From Octopus vulgaris (taxonomy: Eukaryota): DNA of 64,000 nt. A model generated the notes under the pieces. That model did not search any database. It was not told the DNA's origin and saw only the letters and a list, made by a program, of their open reading frames with translations. The stretch lies in the NCBI GenBank assembly GCA_951406725.2, contig OX597820.1, positions 91,884,001-91,948,000 of the forward strand, read 5' to 3'. The translations under genes and the position numbers were made by a program. Positions 10,704-25,701 of this stretch are shown here, piece by piece. Positions within the stretch are counted from its first letter, which is position 1, and the number at the start of each line of letters is the position of its first letter.

Positions 10704-13492
10704 AAGTTGCAGCATCAGCTGCTGTTATTGTTGTTGTTGAATCAGTTACAATCAGCATTATTAGTAGTTGTGATTTTCCAATCAATATTACTTGTAACTG
10801 GTCTTTAAATATTAATGAAGAAATTTCGATTGTGATTTAAGACGGCTCGCTGTAGAACATAACCCTTCACATTGTATTCTAAGGAGCGAGTTCCTTATCC
10901 TGTAATTTTATTTTCATGTTCAAATTTACTATATGTCACACGCATTTTTTCTAGACATGTTATTCTGTTTCACACACACGACATCCCTTTCTCTTGTGCA
11001 GATTACATCGTAATTCTTTCGATATATTATTCTCCCTATACACTCTGAGGTTACTGTTCATACTGAACACCCATCCTATTTTGACTAACAATGTAAATTC
11101 TTGTTCTTCGATAATATTTAATGTCTTATAAATGGTAACAGAGGCTAACGTAAATCACCTGAGATGAAACAAGGTGAGTTACCAGAGAATATGCCAACAT
11201 TTTCTTTCAGAAACTCACTATGCAATAAATACTGTTACTTTCTCATCCAGGCAATGCGATCTACATAGCTCATGTGTCGCTTTAGTGATGCATTGTCAAA
11301 TAAATTTTGAAGGTATATCTGCAATATTAAATCTACTTGACAGTTTTGTTGCCTATTTTTGTTTGTTTGTTATTGTTAGCGCTAGATAAGCTAGCTACAC
11401 ATCTTTACTGTTAGTCCTACATGAATATCTACCCATCCATATGACAGCATATACATCTCCTTATCATTGTGATACATGTCGCCAAAGGTCGTTATTTAAG
11501 TGTACTTCTGAAATCATATATGACACTCATATTTCATGATAAATTTCATTTTTTATATGGTCCGGTTTCGTGTGTGTATGTGTATACTCGGGTGTGTTGA
11601 ACCATTAGTATTAAATGGCTAACTTGTGCAACAGCTTCCCTTAGGCATTTTTTAAATTAGTGAGCTACCAGTACTTTGTTATAAGGTATACATTGTTGTT
11701 GTTGTCATCGTCGTTGTTGTTGTTTTACAAAGATTATTTTCTATTTGCTTATGTTGATCTGATTATATCTCCTCTCATATGTTGAGCATTTTATTCAGTA
11801 ATGACGAGATATGTGCCCTGTTACATCATCTGCAAACTCTACATATATATATATTTCAATTGGAATATCATATATTGCTTTTGTTATAGCATGATATTAC
11901 AGCATTTCATGGTGTTCGCCAAATGGATTTCTTTTATTTAGAGAATGTCAATGCCATTTCTTCCTACTAATCTGTTGGCAGTTTGCTTCGATTTGATACT
12001 TAATTATTTCAATCATTTCAATTAAATCTGTTGCCAGGTCATATTTCATCTTACATTCAATTTAAGCGAAGAACTGGATTAATTTGACATTATCGCGCAA
12101 AATTTTGCTATATCTCATATCTCTTTTTTAATTATAGTCGTTCATTCTGGAGAATTGCTTTACAGCATTTAGCTTCAGCCCTCTAAATTCTCTATTAAAG
12201 CTGTATCAGTAGTACAGTTCCTTTCCATAATTCTGAAGTGAGGAATTGTGTGTCATTTATATATTAGGATTGATTTTGTTTAATATAGAACTTTCTTCGA
12301 AAATGTGGTATGTTGCTTCTCAAAACAAATCAATGTATTAAAACGCACGTCAAATTATTAACTCTGTATATGAAATGGACTGTATTCATTTTCTTAATTA
12401 TTTGCATTACGAATAAACTAGTTTCCTTAACATTTACATTGTTGGTTGTATAATAGAAAACTAAGAAACTTTTCTGTGAATTTACAACCTTAGTTACTAG
12501 AAAACAACAATGATTGAGTCAGCATACTGCACACATGTTAAGTTTAGTAAAAAGCAAAATGCATCTTATAGCACATTCAGGTGGTTACTACCTTAAACGT
12601 CAGGAAAAAATCATTTTATAAAAACCTATAAGGCAAGAAAATATCAATGCGCCAATAAAAATACAAAAAAAAAAAGGAAAAAATCTAACAAGTGGCTCAT
12701 TTCATTTGATATTTCTTAGTTTTCACAATACATGATGTTATTTCTTCATCTATGTATGTCTTCAACTATATATTTTATTGCATACTCACATGAATAGGCA
12801 CCTAATCAAATTAGCTATTGTTTGGAGAGAAAAAGATAGAAAGAGTGAAAGAAAGAGACTATGTGCAAGAAAAAAACAGATGCAAGACGTAGTGGTGTAG
12901 CCGATAAATATTTTGCGTACATATATATATGTGAACATATAGACACAAACGCATACACACACGTGCACGTGCACACACACCCATAAATGTAAATATGCGA
13001 CCTCGCTTCATTCCTATGTTACCTCGTAATAATAAAAGCATCTTCCTCACATACAAAAAAAATCACCTCAGTTATTTACTACTTGTAAGTAGTATCTATC
13101 ATAACTATTCGTAAAAATGAAATATCTTGTGGTGAATAAGAAAAACAAAAACATGCGTTATCGTATAAATAATATGTATTCATGTTTTATTGCAAAAACT
13201 GTCCAAAGTTAATATGATTTGAAAGTTTATATGTAATGGACAGCCGAGTGATTTATAAATTCACTGTATAGGATCCTTTGATTCGATTTGTCACAGAATT
13301 CCACTTTATTATAGAAAACGAGTACTTTGTTGGAAAGGTAAGTTAAGAAAATAAATGGAAATAAACATATAATCATTGAAAATGGGAAGAAGAATGCGAT
13401 AAAGAGAGATGAAGAGGAAAGGGAAACCAAATAGTAAAAATCTATCTAAGCGTACGTGAGAGGGAAAGTGTTAGAAAATAAGAGAAGTTAAA

Positions 13493-13516
13493 AATAATAA
13501 TAATAATAACAACAAC

Positions 13517-13590
<74 letters not shown>

Positions 13591-13613
13591 TAATAATGAT
13601 AATGATAATAATG

Positions 13614-13674
<61 letters not shown>

Positions 13675-13690
13675 CAACAACAACAACAAC

Positions 13691-13723
<33 letters not shown>
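13493..13723. repeat. (AAT)n/(AAC)n compound microsatellite
   Basis: About 230 bp of trinucleotide array. Explains the poly-I/L/Y ORFs. Confidence 0.95.
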
Positions 13724-13724
<1 letters not shown>

Positions 13725-14924
13725 GAGTGTGTTGTAAAAGAAGAGGTGGAAAGCAAAATTGAGAATCGGCAATGGCATAAGAAAGCAAACGAAAATAATT
13801 TCGCAAAAGTATTGAACTTCTTTATTCTATGATTGTTTCCTACTCTTTTTTTCTTTTTTTTTCTTTTTAAATCGATCCCATTGTAATATAATTTTTTCCT
13901 TTTCTTCCTTTAAAATAATATTTGCATTCTTGTCAGTATGAAGTTGAATTGAGGGGGGACAAAAACAGCAATAATTGTTTGAATAATTTGCTAGTTATAT
14001 TTCTCAGTATGCTTTTCTTTCTCACGTTTTGCGTTCCTTCTCTTTTTTTTAGCATTTATTTGTTTCCTTTCTCGATTTCGCACTACACTCTGTTTGTCTC
14101 TTCCAGTGCCTTACTGTATTTATCTTACCAAATTTCTATGCAATCTCCCCTTCACTACAGCCCTGAATAATTTTGAATACCTAATTAGGTCTTACTCCCA
14201 ACGATCAACGAAAATTAAAATAGAGCGCATTGAATTTGTCTTTTTTGCTATTATTTATTTATTTCACCATTTTATCGACTCTGCGAAATTCCCAGTTTGA
14301 ATATTAATATTTTCATCAAGAAAGATAACACATACATGAATATATTCATATATTTTCTGTATATAATATTCAACAGTTGTACATCTTCATAGTCGAAAAT
14401 ATAATAATTCTACGATAACGAAGAATTTATTCTCTGCTTTACTCTAACGGTACGCTCGAAACTAATATTTAGGACCTATAAAACACTATTTTCTATAATT
14501 TATATTCTTTTATAGAATATTACCTTTCAATTTTATTTTTCTTCTCCTATTAGATAACTTATTCTGTGCCACTGGTGAAGTTACCACAAGTGAGAATTAT
14601 TTACCAAAAAAAGGCATTAGTTTCAATTTACACCTCTGACTGATTAAATTCTTCATAACTGTTAAAATGGATAATCTGTAAATTGAGAGTAAGTCTATGT
14701 TTACTCTTACGACATGCTACTGCCTTTTTACCCTAAGCCTGTAATGCACACGGACATCTTGAATTTCGTATCATTCCTATTTTAAATACAGTCGAGATAG
14801 ACTTTGTGTTTCATTGTTCGAGGCTAATGAAATAGGAAAAATCAAGTAACAGCATCGATGTAATCGACTAGCTCCCTTCCTCAAAACCTCAGGGCTTGTG
14901 CGTATAATAGAAAAGCCATTATTA

Positions 14925-15136
14925 AGGCGGTAAGCTGGCAGAATCATTAGAACGCTAAGCAAAATGCTTGGCGGCAATACTGTTTGCTTTATGTTCTGAG
15001 TTTAAATTCAGCCGTAGTCAACCTTGCGTCCCATCCATCTGGAGTCAATAGTAAAAGTACCAGTCAAGTGATGGAATCGATATAATTGACTACCCATTCC
15101 TCGAAGATTCCAAGCCTTGTACCTATAGGAGAAACT
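14925..15136 (+). mobile_element. SINE family B (tRNA-like head, Deu/Nin-like central domain), diverged copy
   Basis: ggcggtaagctggcagaatc...ttctgagtttaaattc...aagtaccag. Matches copies at 25702, 26044 and 36633. Confidence 0.7.
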
Positions 15137-15670
15137 ATTGTTGCTTTTGTTGTTCTTGTTTCATTTTTTTTATTATGGGAATAATAATCTGGAAGAATTG
15201 GTTCTCAATCTTCTAATTGATCACTGGCTGGGAAATAATTTAATTGAATATAATTTAAAAGTTCGATGCTATAGATTTCATGCAAATATATACGCATTTA
15301 TCAACAAAAGATGGATAATAGATGATTCAGCTATTTTACATGGCATGAACATGGTATGAGATTATAACGGATTACGGATAATGCAAAATGTGAAGAATTA
15401 TAAACTAGTGGCAAAAGAAGGTAATGTATATAAAAAGTAACCATTGTAAGAATGTAGTATTGCTTTACCTTTGCATTTTCCCCCACAAGAATTTAAGAAC
15501 ACCCGTGTGCTAAGATTAAGAACTTTCGCATTACGTTTGTTACGTTTACAATAGTCACTCTTTAGTCTTTACTACATAAAGACACACGCACACGTAACTC
15601 TCTGCATATAAACCTGTGTGTGTGCGTGCATACATCTGTATATGTGTATACATATACATACACACTGACA

Positions 15671-15748
<78 letters not shown>

Positions 15749-17695
15749 CTTTCTCACTCGATCTCTGTATGACCCAATATCAGTGTTAGAGAGCTTTTTT
15801 CAGTGCTGGTTGTCGTTTCACTGGTACTGATTACATTACACCAATAAATGAGCATTTAATGGTGATACAGAGAATGACATACCTTCGAACTCATATACTA
15901 ATAATCGGTTTATGGTCATAGAATTAAAAGGTTTACCAGTTACATTTCGTTAAAAAGGAATATTTAACAAATATATTCCCGGTAACGTCAACTTCCTATT
16001 TTCTCATGCACTTAGCAACAGCGAATTAATATACGCAACATTTCATATTATATCAGAAAAACTACATTACATACACTGCTTGATGTACATATTTGCTGTT
16101 AAATTTCTGCGAGGATCCACTGTGAAAAATTTTCTCTGTGTTATCAATCAAAATATTATACCCCAGTTTTAAGTGACAGTACCACTTTCTCTTGTAAAAT
16201 GTGCTTCTTATACATATATGAGAAAACGTTATTTATTAGTAATATTACACCTTTGTTGATCCAAATGTATTTTTATATTATTGTACATTATACTAAAGTG
16301 GTCAAGTGATATTCGTCGATGACTTTTGCAAGGTTGAAATGCTGAAATTCAAATCTTTCAAGCGTTTATAATCTGAGTCCTTATCCACCGTAGTTATCGG
16401 TATTTGCAGATCAATGTAATTAGTAATATTCTAATCAAAACTTTGTTTATTCCGTTCAATAAATCATGCCTAAAATACAGTGATCTTGTACTAATTGCAA
16501 ATATTTCTGTTGAAAATGAGCGTTATAACTTATACATATATTTATAATGCAAATAATATATGAAGACGGAACCAGCAAATAATTCAACAAAGAATACTCA
16601 TATAGCATGAAATAGCAATACATAGTGAAACGTGGATGTAATGTGCATATAAAAAAAAAACTACTTTGAATTTGCACAATCGATTCTGCCTTAATAAAAT
16701 GCAAGCTTCATGTATTTGCTATCGTCTTCCAATTAATGCTAAGTCAAGTATCTTCTTATATATACATATGGGAGAATGAACGGAAAATTATCTATAAACA
16801 TATGTTCATCTGTTTGTTATAGCATCATACAGGTCGAGCGTATTCACATGTCTATGGTACATAATATCTTGATTAAACCTAATAATATACTTTAGTGAAA
16901 TGCTTCCTCAAAAGATCATACACTCCGTCGTCCTTATCCGTTTTAAGTTTCACAGTTGACCTACCGTTATAAAAGCAGGATATTATGTTTAAAAAAATAC
17001 ATGTTAACAATCACATTATTTGCATCTTCTTGTTTATTTTAAAAGACAATTTTAGGTCCTACTTCCGCTAAGTAGTTCTGCTAAAACTTCGAAGTATTCG
17101 ACGTCTTGTTATTAAGACTGGCATACTGAATTCTGTAGAAAATCATTGTTTAACTAATCTATCATCATTCACGGATGGTTTAGTATTTTATCATATCTAT
17201 CATATCCATCTATGGTTTCTTTTAATGCTAGTCGTAAACCTGTACTTTTTCTGAGATAAAAGCATTTACTTCCAGCATTCATCAATTTATTTTGCCCCTG
17301 TCGGTTTTTATGTCTGATACAGCTTTCCAACAATTGTGGATTTCATATCAGTATAAAAATTTATACTTAAATTAATTTTATTATATTAGAAGTAGCATTC
17401 AGGGGAATATTGTTTATTAATTATATTATATTACACGAAATCCATTGCTTTAGAGGAAGAGAAGATATATGGAAAGTATTTAATGAAAGCTTTTCGTTAG
17501 AAGGAAGTCATTGTACTTTTATAATAATAGCTCATTAGTTATGCAGAATGGGAGGAAGATGGGTTGAGAGAAAGACATAGACAGGGAAAGAGATGGAGAT
17601 GTATTCAATTTAAAATTTACTTAGGCTGTAATATTGTTCAGAATATTTCCAATTAATTGTATTCCCTATAAAAGTAAATAATGCAGTTACTTTAG

Positions 17696-17881
17696 AAATT
17701 ACATTTGCGGGTATAGTGTCAGCTTACGGCTGTTGTGCGGAGAAGACGTCTAACACGAGCCATTTCGAGAACCGTAATAGTACAAAAATGGGAAATGATC
17801 TACTCATCTACACTAGTACCCTCACGACCGGCCTCGTGCAAATTAGAGATTCAGACGTTCGGAAAGATCTTTTGCAGACAT
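17696..17881 (+). CDS. Candidate internal host exon (phase 1-1), unknown product
   Basis: ttactttag acceptor and gtatgt donor. 186-nt open, GC-elevated, non-repetitive block encoding ITFAGIVSAYGCCAEK...RKDLLQT. No family recognised. Confidence 0.25.
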
Positions 17882-20053
17882 GTATGTTTTGTTTATTGCA
17901 TTTTCATTTCATCTAGGAATCTATTTACTTCGCAGGTAAGGTGATGTGAAATGAATAAAAAATATTATCTTCAGACAAGTATTTGATCAACCTTTTTTTC
18001 TTTTTCGTTCATTTCGACTAAAGAATCTTTAATACTTGTATGCAGCTGCTATTGTATTCACTCTGGAATTAGGTCATTTAATCGTGAAGTATTGTAAATA
18101 ATTGGAATGGATGGCAGAAACGCTATCGGAAGAGGAATATACTAAAATCTTGGTATTTGATTGTCTCCTTATGATTTGATTAAATAATTTCACTGAGGAT
18201 ATTTCTGCGTCGATTACATAATTAACAGATTATCAGTCTTGAGACGGCAAAATCAAGTTTTATAATCTAAAGCGTTCCAACAATAACGGCATTTGTATAA
18301 TCTAAAGTGTTCCAATAATGCGGCATTTGTATGTATTTACAATGCCCAATATCCGTTCCTACTTTTAGAACGATACAATAAGATCTGAAGATAACGATTC
18401 TGCCAACTCGTCGCCGTACATTAAGGTATAATTGCAATCCATGTTAATAACTTCATCACTTTTCTATTAGAAATTATTCCTAGAAATCCTGTTATTATTA
18501 TTGTTTGCATATGTTTTCTGTAGTAGCGATATCTTTTTTAATAACTCAATTTAAACCGAACACTTCCCTACGTTCTTTTCTTTCATGATATGAATTGTAG
18601 CAATTCTACAAATTACAATATTATTGCTCCCTATTTTACTTTGTTTTCTCAAATAATATCGGCTTTCCCCAGTATAGTTTGATTTTGTATGATGATACTG
18701 TTTAGCTTCAGGTCAGACTAGAACCAACAGATGTATGATGAAAGGCTTTCACCCTGCGATAATATCGTCATTTTCTCCCTCAACCCAGCTGTCTTATGGA
18801 ATGAATTTTTCACTAATTACGTTGGCCAATATCTAATGTTCATAATATAACAGAACATGATTTCTTGCATATGTGGCTGTCGTTTCTAGCATTTTGAGTT
18901 CTTTCATTGGGTCTAGTATTTTAATTATAATATGATTGCGTTGCCGTATGAAATCCCAAACTTCATTCACTGGAAATTCATATAATGTCAAAATCATATC
19001 CATGATATTTTTTTCTTTCATAAAGTAAAAATGAAATTGAACGATTTGTGTGGCATTTTCATGTATTCTCTTATATATTGCTACTGAACTGTACATCTTA
19101 TTGGGTTTTTTTTTCCAATTAGACTGCATATAGTTCGAGTGTTTTTGGACATATAAAAGCTACATGAAGTGTGTTGTCGGTGTTCTGCTTCTGCACTTCA
19201 CAGACCAGTGCGTTAGTGTAAGGCTTTAGTTCTGATACTGGAACAATAATTTACGATATCCACCCATGCATCTCCCTCGCTAATCTGTTCATAGAATTTC
19301 TTTCGTTGATAATATATCACATTTACCTCTTTCAATCCATATACTTTTGATATATAGATATATATTTCATATATTTTACTGTCTTTAGTTTCATTACTGC
19401 AGTTTTGTTTATCTCACATAACAGCAGTTCACGCTAGTGCTTACATACCATATGACAGTAACTCGATCTCTGTACAGTTTTCGCACTTATTTTTTCTTTG
19501 AAATGGCTATATAAATCGTGTTAATAGCACTTTATGGTTGTAATCCTACTCATATAATCATTATATTAGAGGCTTTCTTATCTCGGTTATCGTCTATTCT
19601 TTATTCCATCTTAAAATGACTTTTCTTCAGCTCTTCAAAAGGATGTGGTCAAAGTGCTAATAGCTACAAATTTATTTTATTTGTACTTGATCGCTTATAT
19701 TAAGCATTGCTGTTTACTTCCTTGAATATTTACTTTCTAAGATGTTCGTTTAAGTTAGTCTTCTTTAGTTGTATTGATTTATCATACATAGCTAATTATA
19801 ATGCTTTACAATTACTTTTGTAATTTGGCAACATGTCAATTGTATTTCAAAATTTTTATGTGCTTTGTTTTCCTTTTCAATGTTAAAACTACACAAAGTA
19901 TACCTGAAATGTTATTCCCATTGCTTTTTAAATTAAATATACCAAATAGTCTGCTTTATGTTCATATTTCAGAAAATTGTATTTATTATCCACAAACGAA
20001 AACAAATTTGTCATGTGGTATCTGCCATTAATATCATACTTGTCCATTACGCA

Positions 20054-20255
20054 GTGAGCTGGCAGAATCGTTACCATCCCGGGCCAAATGTTTAACATCA
20101 TTTCGTCTGTCTGCAGTACAAATTCCACTGAAATAGACTTTACCTTTCATTCTTTCGGAATCGATGAAATAAGTACCAGTTAAACAGTAAGATTGATGGA
20201 ATCAAATTACTACCACCCCGAAATTGCTAGGTTTGTCTCAAAATTGGAAAATAAT
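20054..20255 (+). mobile_element. SINE family B
   Basis: gtgagctggcagaatcgtta...ctttcattctttcggaatcgatgaaataagtaccag. Confidence 0.7.
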
Positions 20256-20324
20256 ATTATATTTAACTGTACAATTTCTCCTCATTTTATAAGCCAGAAA
20301 TAATGTATCATACCATTGTTGTAG

Positions 20325-20500
20325 CCGAATTTAAAGAGTAAAAGCTTACTTCCCAACCATATGGTTTCAAGTTCACTCCGTCTACGTGGTTTCTTGGGCA
20401 AGTTTCATCTATAGTAGAAAATACTTGCCCAAGATGACACAAGCCGACAAAAGCCTTGTGAGTAGATTTAGTAGGTGCAAAATGAAAGAAACCCGTCGTA

Positions 20501-20532
<32 letters not shown>

Positions 20533-20663
20533 CAGGGTGTCCCCAAAAAATGTATACACAACTTAAATAATTGTAAATTTGTTATTCTTTGTAAGCCTAG
20601 TACTTATTCTATCGTTCTCTTTTGCCGAACCGCTATGTGTATACACTTTTTTGGGACACCCTG

Positions 20664-20694
<31 letters not shown>

Positions 20695-21355
20695 TACAAT
20701 ATATTACAAGATAAAAATAAATGTACAAAAAAATACAAAGCGAGAAATAAAAGGAGAATACAATACGGGAAATCAAACAAACAAGAGAACAAACGAGAAA
20801 AAACAAACAAACGAAAAGGTATTTTTTTGGCTAGACGGAAGATGTTGTGTGGCAGCGTGTGGAAAGCATGACTTTTCAGTGGCAGAGGGAGCGTGCAAAA
20901 GAAAGAAATTTTTAGGCTGGCAGTGAGAAAGATGGAGGAGGTGGACACGCGGCTGAAAGAGAGAAGAGGAAGAGTTGGAGGGAGAGAGAGTGGAGAGGGT
21001 AAAGCAAAAGGAGAGAATTTCGCGTCTTAAATATATATATAAAAATTAAATGGAGACAAGAAGTGGAACGAATCGATACATACGTATATATATGTGTGTG
21101 TGTTTATGTGTGTGTGTTTATGTGTCTGTGCGTGTATATGTGTGCGTGTGTGTATGTGTACACCATTCTGATTGTATTATCCCCCGTCACACACCGCTTG
21201 ACAACTGGTGCGGTTTTATTTACGACACCTTAATAAGCGGTTCGGCAAAAGAGAACAATTGGAAAAGTACCTGGCTTTAAAAAAAAATAACTAGCGGGAC
21301 TGATACATTCGACTTAAAATTTATTCAGGCTGCAGTCTAGTGACTAAAACAAGAA
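20325..21355 (+). mobile_element. SINE family A split by nested insertions
   Basis: The 5' half (about 20325-20500) and 3' half (about 21150-21355) flank an expanded internal microsatellite that contains a MITE. Confidence 0.55.
20533..20663. mobile_element. Tc1/mariner-type MITE
   Basis: TIRs cagggtgtccccaaaaaatgtatacaca / tgtgtatacacttttttgggacaccctg, TA-flanked within (TA)n. Confidence 0.85.
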
Positions 21356-21418
21356 GACATTTTAATATTTATATGTGCGCGTTTGTGCGTGTGTGCGTGT
21401 ATATGTGTATATGTATAC

Positions 21419-21508
<90 letters not shown>

Positions 21509-22484
21509 ATAAAAGTTTGTAGTGAAGATTTTCTATCGAGTATTACTATCCAGGCTTCAGGAATCCATCGTGAATGTTGGACCAACAAAATGTATTCTTT
21601 TCATATGATTTAGTTGAAAAAAACTCGAGTTCATCTTGTTTTATGGGTTTTGAAGTAAAGGATGTTTTGGTAGTGGTTAATGAGATGTTCGTTGTCATTT
21701 CGGAACTGTGTGTGTGTGTGTGCGTGTGTATGTGTGTGCGTGTGTGTGTGTGTGTGCGTGTGTATCTTCCTCTGTTTGTGTGTGTGTGTGTGTTTGTATG
21801 AGGGTGTGTGAATTTTTAAACGAAACTTATAGGAGATATATTTTGAGGTTTGGTTAGAGCAGGAAGAATGAATATAAAAATATAAAACAGCAGCAAAAAA
21901 AATTATAATATAAAGAGATAATTTCTGGGATGGTTCGTTTCATGACAGGTCAGTAGAGGTCAAACATTTAATCAATTGAAAGAAACTGTTGTTTTTGTCA
22001 CTGAATGGCTGACAGGTTTTCTTGGTCAGCTCTAAGGCTGCTTAGCTATAGAATTCACAAAATTTTTCGGGAACGCATTTTAAATGCGTTTGTGTATGCG
22101 AGTATGTGTGTTTGAGAGAGAGAGAGAGAGAGAGAAAGAACTTATGTGACAGTGTGTGTGTGTGAGTGTGTTATGGGCTGATTAAGAGATAATTCTTCCA
22201 ATATTTTAGTAACAGTAATAAAAAAACATCGTTAAATATATTCAGTACTTATTTGGTTTGGTTCATCTTGAAAAGCAAATTTTCTAATAAAATATTCTTA
22301 TACATTTATAAATATTTTTTTACACGTTCAGTTTTGGTGAGAATTATATATTCATACACATATAAACGCACACAGACACACATACACGCACAAATATATT
22401 TGTATATATTTATATATGTTTATATATACATACACACACATTGATATTCCATCGTTATTTTGAAAACGTTTAAAGGATTGAATT

Positions 22485-22970
22485 TAACGCCTTACTTCCC
22501 TGGGCATGGATACATTGAAACTCCGACGTCTGGCAGCTGACTGGGCAGACACCCGTAAAATTATTAACAATCTTACTAACAATAACTCTGAGCACCTTTT
22601 CAAACTCCACCTGTCTAATACCCGTAGACATGTTTACAAAGTCAGAAAACAGCACAGCTCCCATGACTTTCGGAAACATTTTTTCACGCTAAGAGTTGCT
22701 GAAGCATGGAACAAACCGCCGACACCAGTTGTTAGTTGTCGGAGCACTGCATCCTTCAAAACTTCCATGCTTCCTGAGATTCGCCAACACTACACCAGAT
22801 TTTCTCCCCTCCATACACACGCAAGCATGCATCTGACTCATATACTATTCACTTTCCAGATATTTGTACATTACTGCACATGCTTTATACGCACTTTTGA
22901 CAAGTTGTGGTGCACCTGAGCACTGTATACAATAATTTCATTATTGTTATTATTATTATTATTATTATTA
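22485..22970 (+). mobile_element. CR1-clade LINE 3' fragment
   Basis: TLKLRRLAAD..., TRRHVYKV, FRKHFFTLRVAEAWNK motifs of the CR1 ORF2 C-terminus. (ATT)n tail. Confidence 0.85.
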
Positions 22971-24140
22971 TACACAACCAAGAACTATATTCTTTACTAA
23001 TTTGATTGTTTAAATCTTTTTGATGGTCCACATAGAGAGTATTCAACGAGCAGTCTCCTTGGAAAATATGGTGCTAGTTATGCACTCATTAATTGCATCA
23101 AGACGTATATCTTAACTATGGAACGACATCGAAGATATAATCTACCTACAATATCTTTCGGCTAAAGAAAAATTAAATTGGTACGGCATTAACAAAATTT
23201 AGAATGCTGTTTAATACCTATATTTTCATACAAAAGAAAAGGTTCTTATGGCAATGCTTGAACCCACAGTCAGAGAGATCAAAGTATAGAAGCTATTTCA
23301 CTGAACTGGAGATGCTAAGAAAAAAAGTCGGTAATATGATGAAGATACGGTTGCATGGTTCAAAATTTCGTTCAGTAACCGTGTGATTCTTTGTTCACAT
23401 TGCGTGAAGTTTTATAAAGAGAAATTATAGTAAGCCTTTCGTATGTATATATATATGGAGGGATGTGTGAGACAAAACCTTAATAAAGTTCACATCTTTA
23501 AATATATGTATTTATGCGCTTACTTTTACGCCACTTAAAACAATTGAAGCTCTCGATTTACGGTAAGATATCATTTCGTCAGTTGCTTAATGAATTAATA
23601 GGTACCAACTTCAGAATAACAACTCGGGTCGATGCACTCAACAATGCATTTGAAGTCGGTTATCCAGTATGTCAATGATTTAATAATTGCTATATACATA
23701 TAAAAATATACGTATATAATAGCATACTGATTTCAATTATTTGTCTCATTATAATCATTATAATTATATTAAGATACAAATATGCTTTCCACCACTGCCT
23801 CTTTACTTGCACTCCGACTCCCTCTTAGTATTCGAATATAAATATTTAGATTATATACACATCCTGACATTCATAAATATAAACACACATATTAACAGAA
23901 AGTTATTGCATTTTACCGTTCTATAATTCAAAAATACTTCGAATGCAGCGAGAGAGAGGAAGAGAGAACAAGAATACAGGATATCTATAAAACGCAGTGA
24001 GGTTATAACGTCTTTGTATTCGCACACCTATAACGTCTTTGTATTCGCCCTTCTCCCTGAGCCTCTTTGCGCTTAAAATTACTGTATCTCTTTCAAATAC
24101 TCTACTTCGCATATTTATGTTAACTCTCACTTCTTAAAAT

Positions 24141-24181
<41 letters not shown>

Positions 24182-24270
24182 CACGCGCACAAACACACAG
24201 ACAGACACACACTGTCATCGTCAAGTCAATATTACCAAAGCAACATGTGCGAGTGCACACACACATTCAG

Positions 24271-24597
24271 ATCCCCCCTTCGGTCATGACGGACCGTGGG
24301 ATTGCATCTAGAAAGTTACACCCCCCCCCCGAGGCACAAGTCCGGGCAAGGTTGATTATGTAAGACCGGCAGTCACCCATGCATATCGGCCTCCCCTCTC
24401 CCCGCCACCAATGTTATCCAAGGGAAAGGCAACAGACGATACAGCTTGGCACCTGCAACTCATTTCTACAGCTGAGTGAACTGGAGCAACGCGAAATAAA
24501 ATGTTTTGCTCAAGAACACAACACGCAGCCCGGTCCGGGATTCGAACTCACAACCTCACGATCGTAAGCTCGACGCTCTAACCACTGAGTCATGCAC
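24271..24597 (-). mobile_element. tRNA-derived SINE, family C
   Basis: Minus-strand head tgactcagtggttagagcg...gagttcgaatcccgg contains A and B boxes. Confidence 0.75.
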
Positions 24598-24846
24598 ACA
24601 CGCAGAAATGCAATTATATCGAAGCACTTATTATGTGCCTGTTATTTTATATACTAAGATACTGTTTAAGAATACAGAAAATACACAGAGAAAGGGAGAA
24701 CGAAAGAGTTTCAGACTCTAAATTCTTATAGAATCATCTGAATTATTTCCTTTTTTAATGTTACTCTCACACTTCTGTTTCCTCACAACCATTCTCCAGC
24801 AGCAAACTATGCAAAAATTACGTGAGAACGTACTATTGTATTGATA

Positions 24847-24856
24847 TAGATAGATG

Positions 24857-24909
<53 letters not shown>

Positions 24910-24960
24910 GTAGGTAGGTAGGTAGGTAGGTAGGTATGTAGGTAGGTAGGTAGGTAGGTA
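24847..24960. repeat. (GATA)n/(GGTA)n microsatellite
   Basis: Compound tetranucleotide array. Confidence 0.95.
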
Positions 24961-25701
24961 TACGCATATATGCATATAAACATGCATACATATACACAAA
25001 TATACATATACACACAACACAGAGATATATATTTCTTCGTTGTTCAGCCTTTTCTAAGCTATCAAATCGAATTATACATAGTTGCATGAGTGTATGTCTC
25101 TGTGTATGTCTATGTATGTTCATGTGTTCGCCTGCTTCTCTGTGCGTGTGTGTAGTAAATATCACATTCAAGAGAAGCTCAAACTATAGTAGACAAGTTA
25201 AATCATATACTTCCCAAGAAACGGAGGAAACATTACACATGTATATTATTTAAATAGCCAACATTACTTTAACAATATCTTAGAAGACGAAAAAATGTTG
25301 CTCACAACAAATATTCAACATGTGCGACCATAATTAAGGCCATTATCGATTAAGTAAATTCTAATAGAAAGTTATTCGATTATAGCGTTTGATGGTGAGT
25401 TTGGAGATAACGTTCACTAGGTCTGGGCCATAATATTACTGAAATTTAATATTCTGCTATTATGGCTGTGCTATTCAATTGCAGTACACTGTTTCGCGTT
25501 AAATGTGCGAAATATGTCATTTAAATTTCAAAGGCAAAATTTCATTAGCTCTATATGTGTCATTTTTTCTAGTCTGTCATGATGTTTCGTCTGGTTTGTG
25601 GCTGGCCTTTCTCTTCATAAGCATGAGGAACTAGGCGATCCATTGGGAATCATCTCCGCAACAATAGCCTTGGGTCGACGAAAGCATTCGTGATCGTTTG
25701 T

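Noticed and set aside
13442-13832. Poly-I/L/Y ORFs (also YIYI and VCVC ORFs throughout the window)
   Set aside because: These are translations of microsatellites.
18261-18331. 35-bp tandem duplication (similar short ones at about 24005-24050 and 28302-28337)
   Set aside because: Two-copy local slippage with no further structure.
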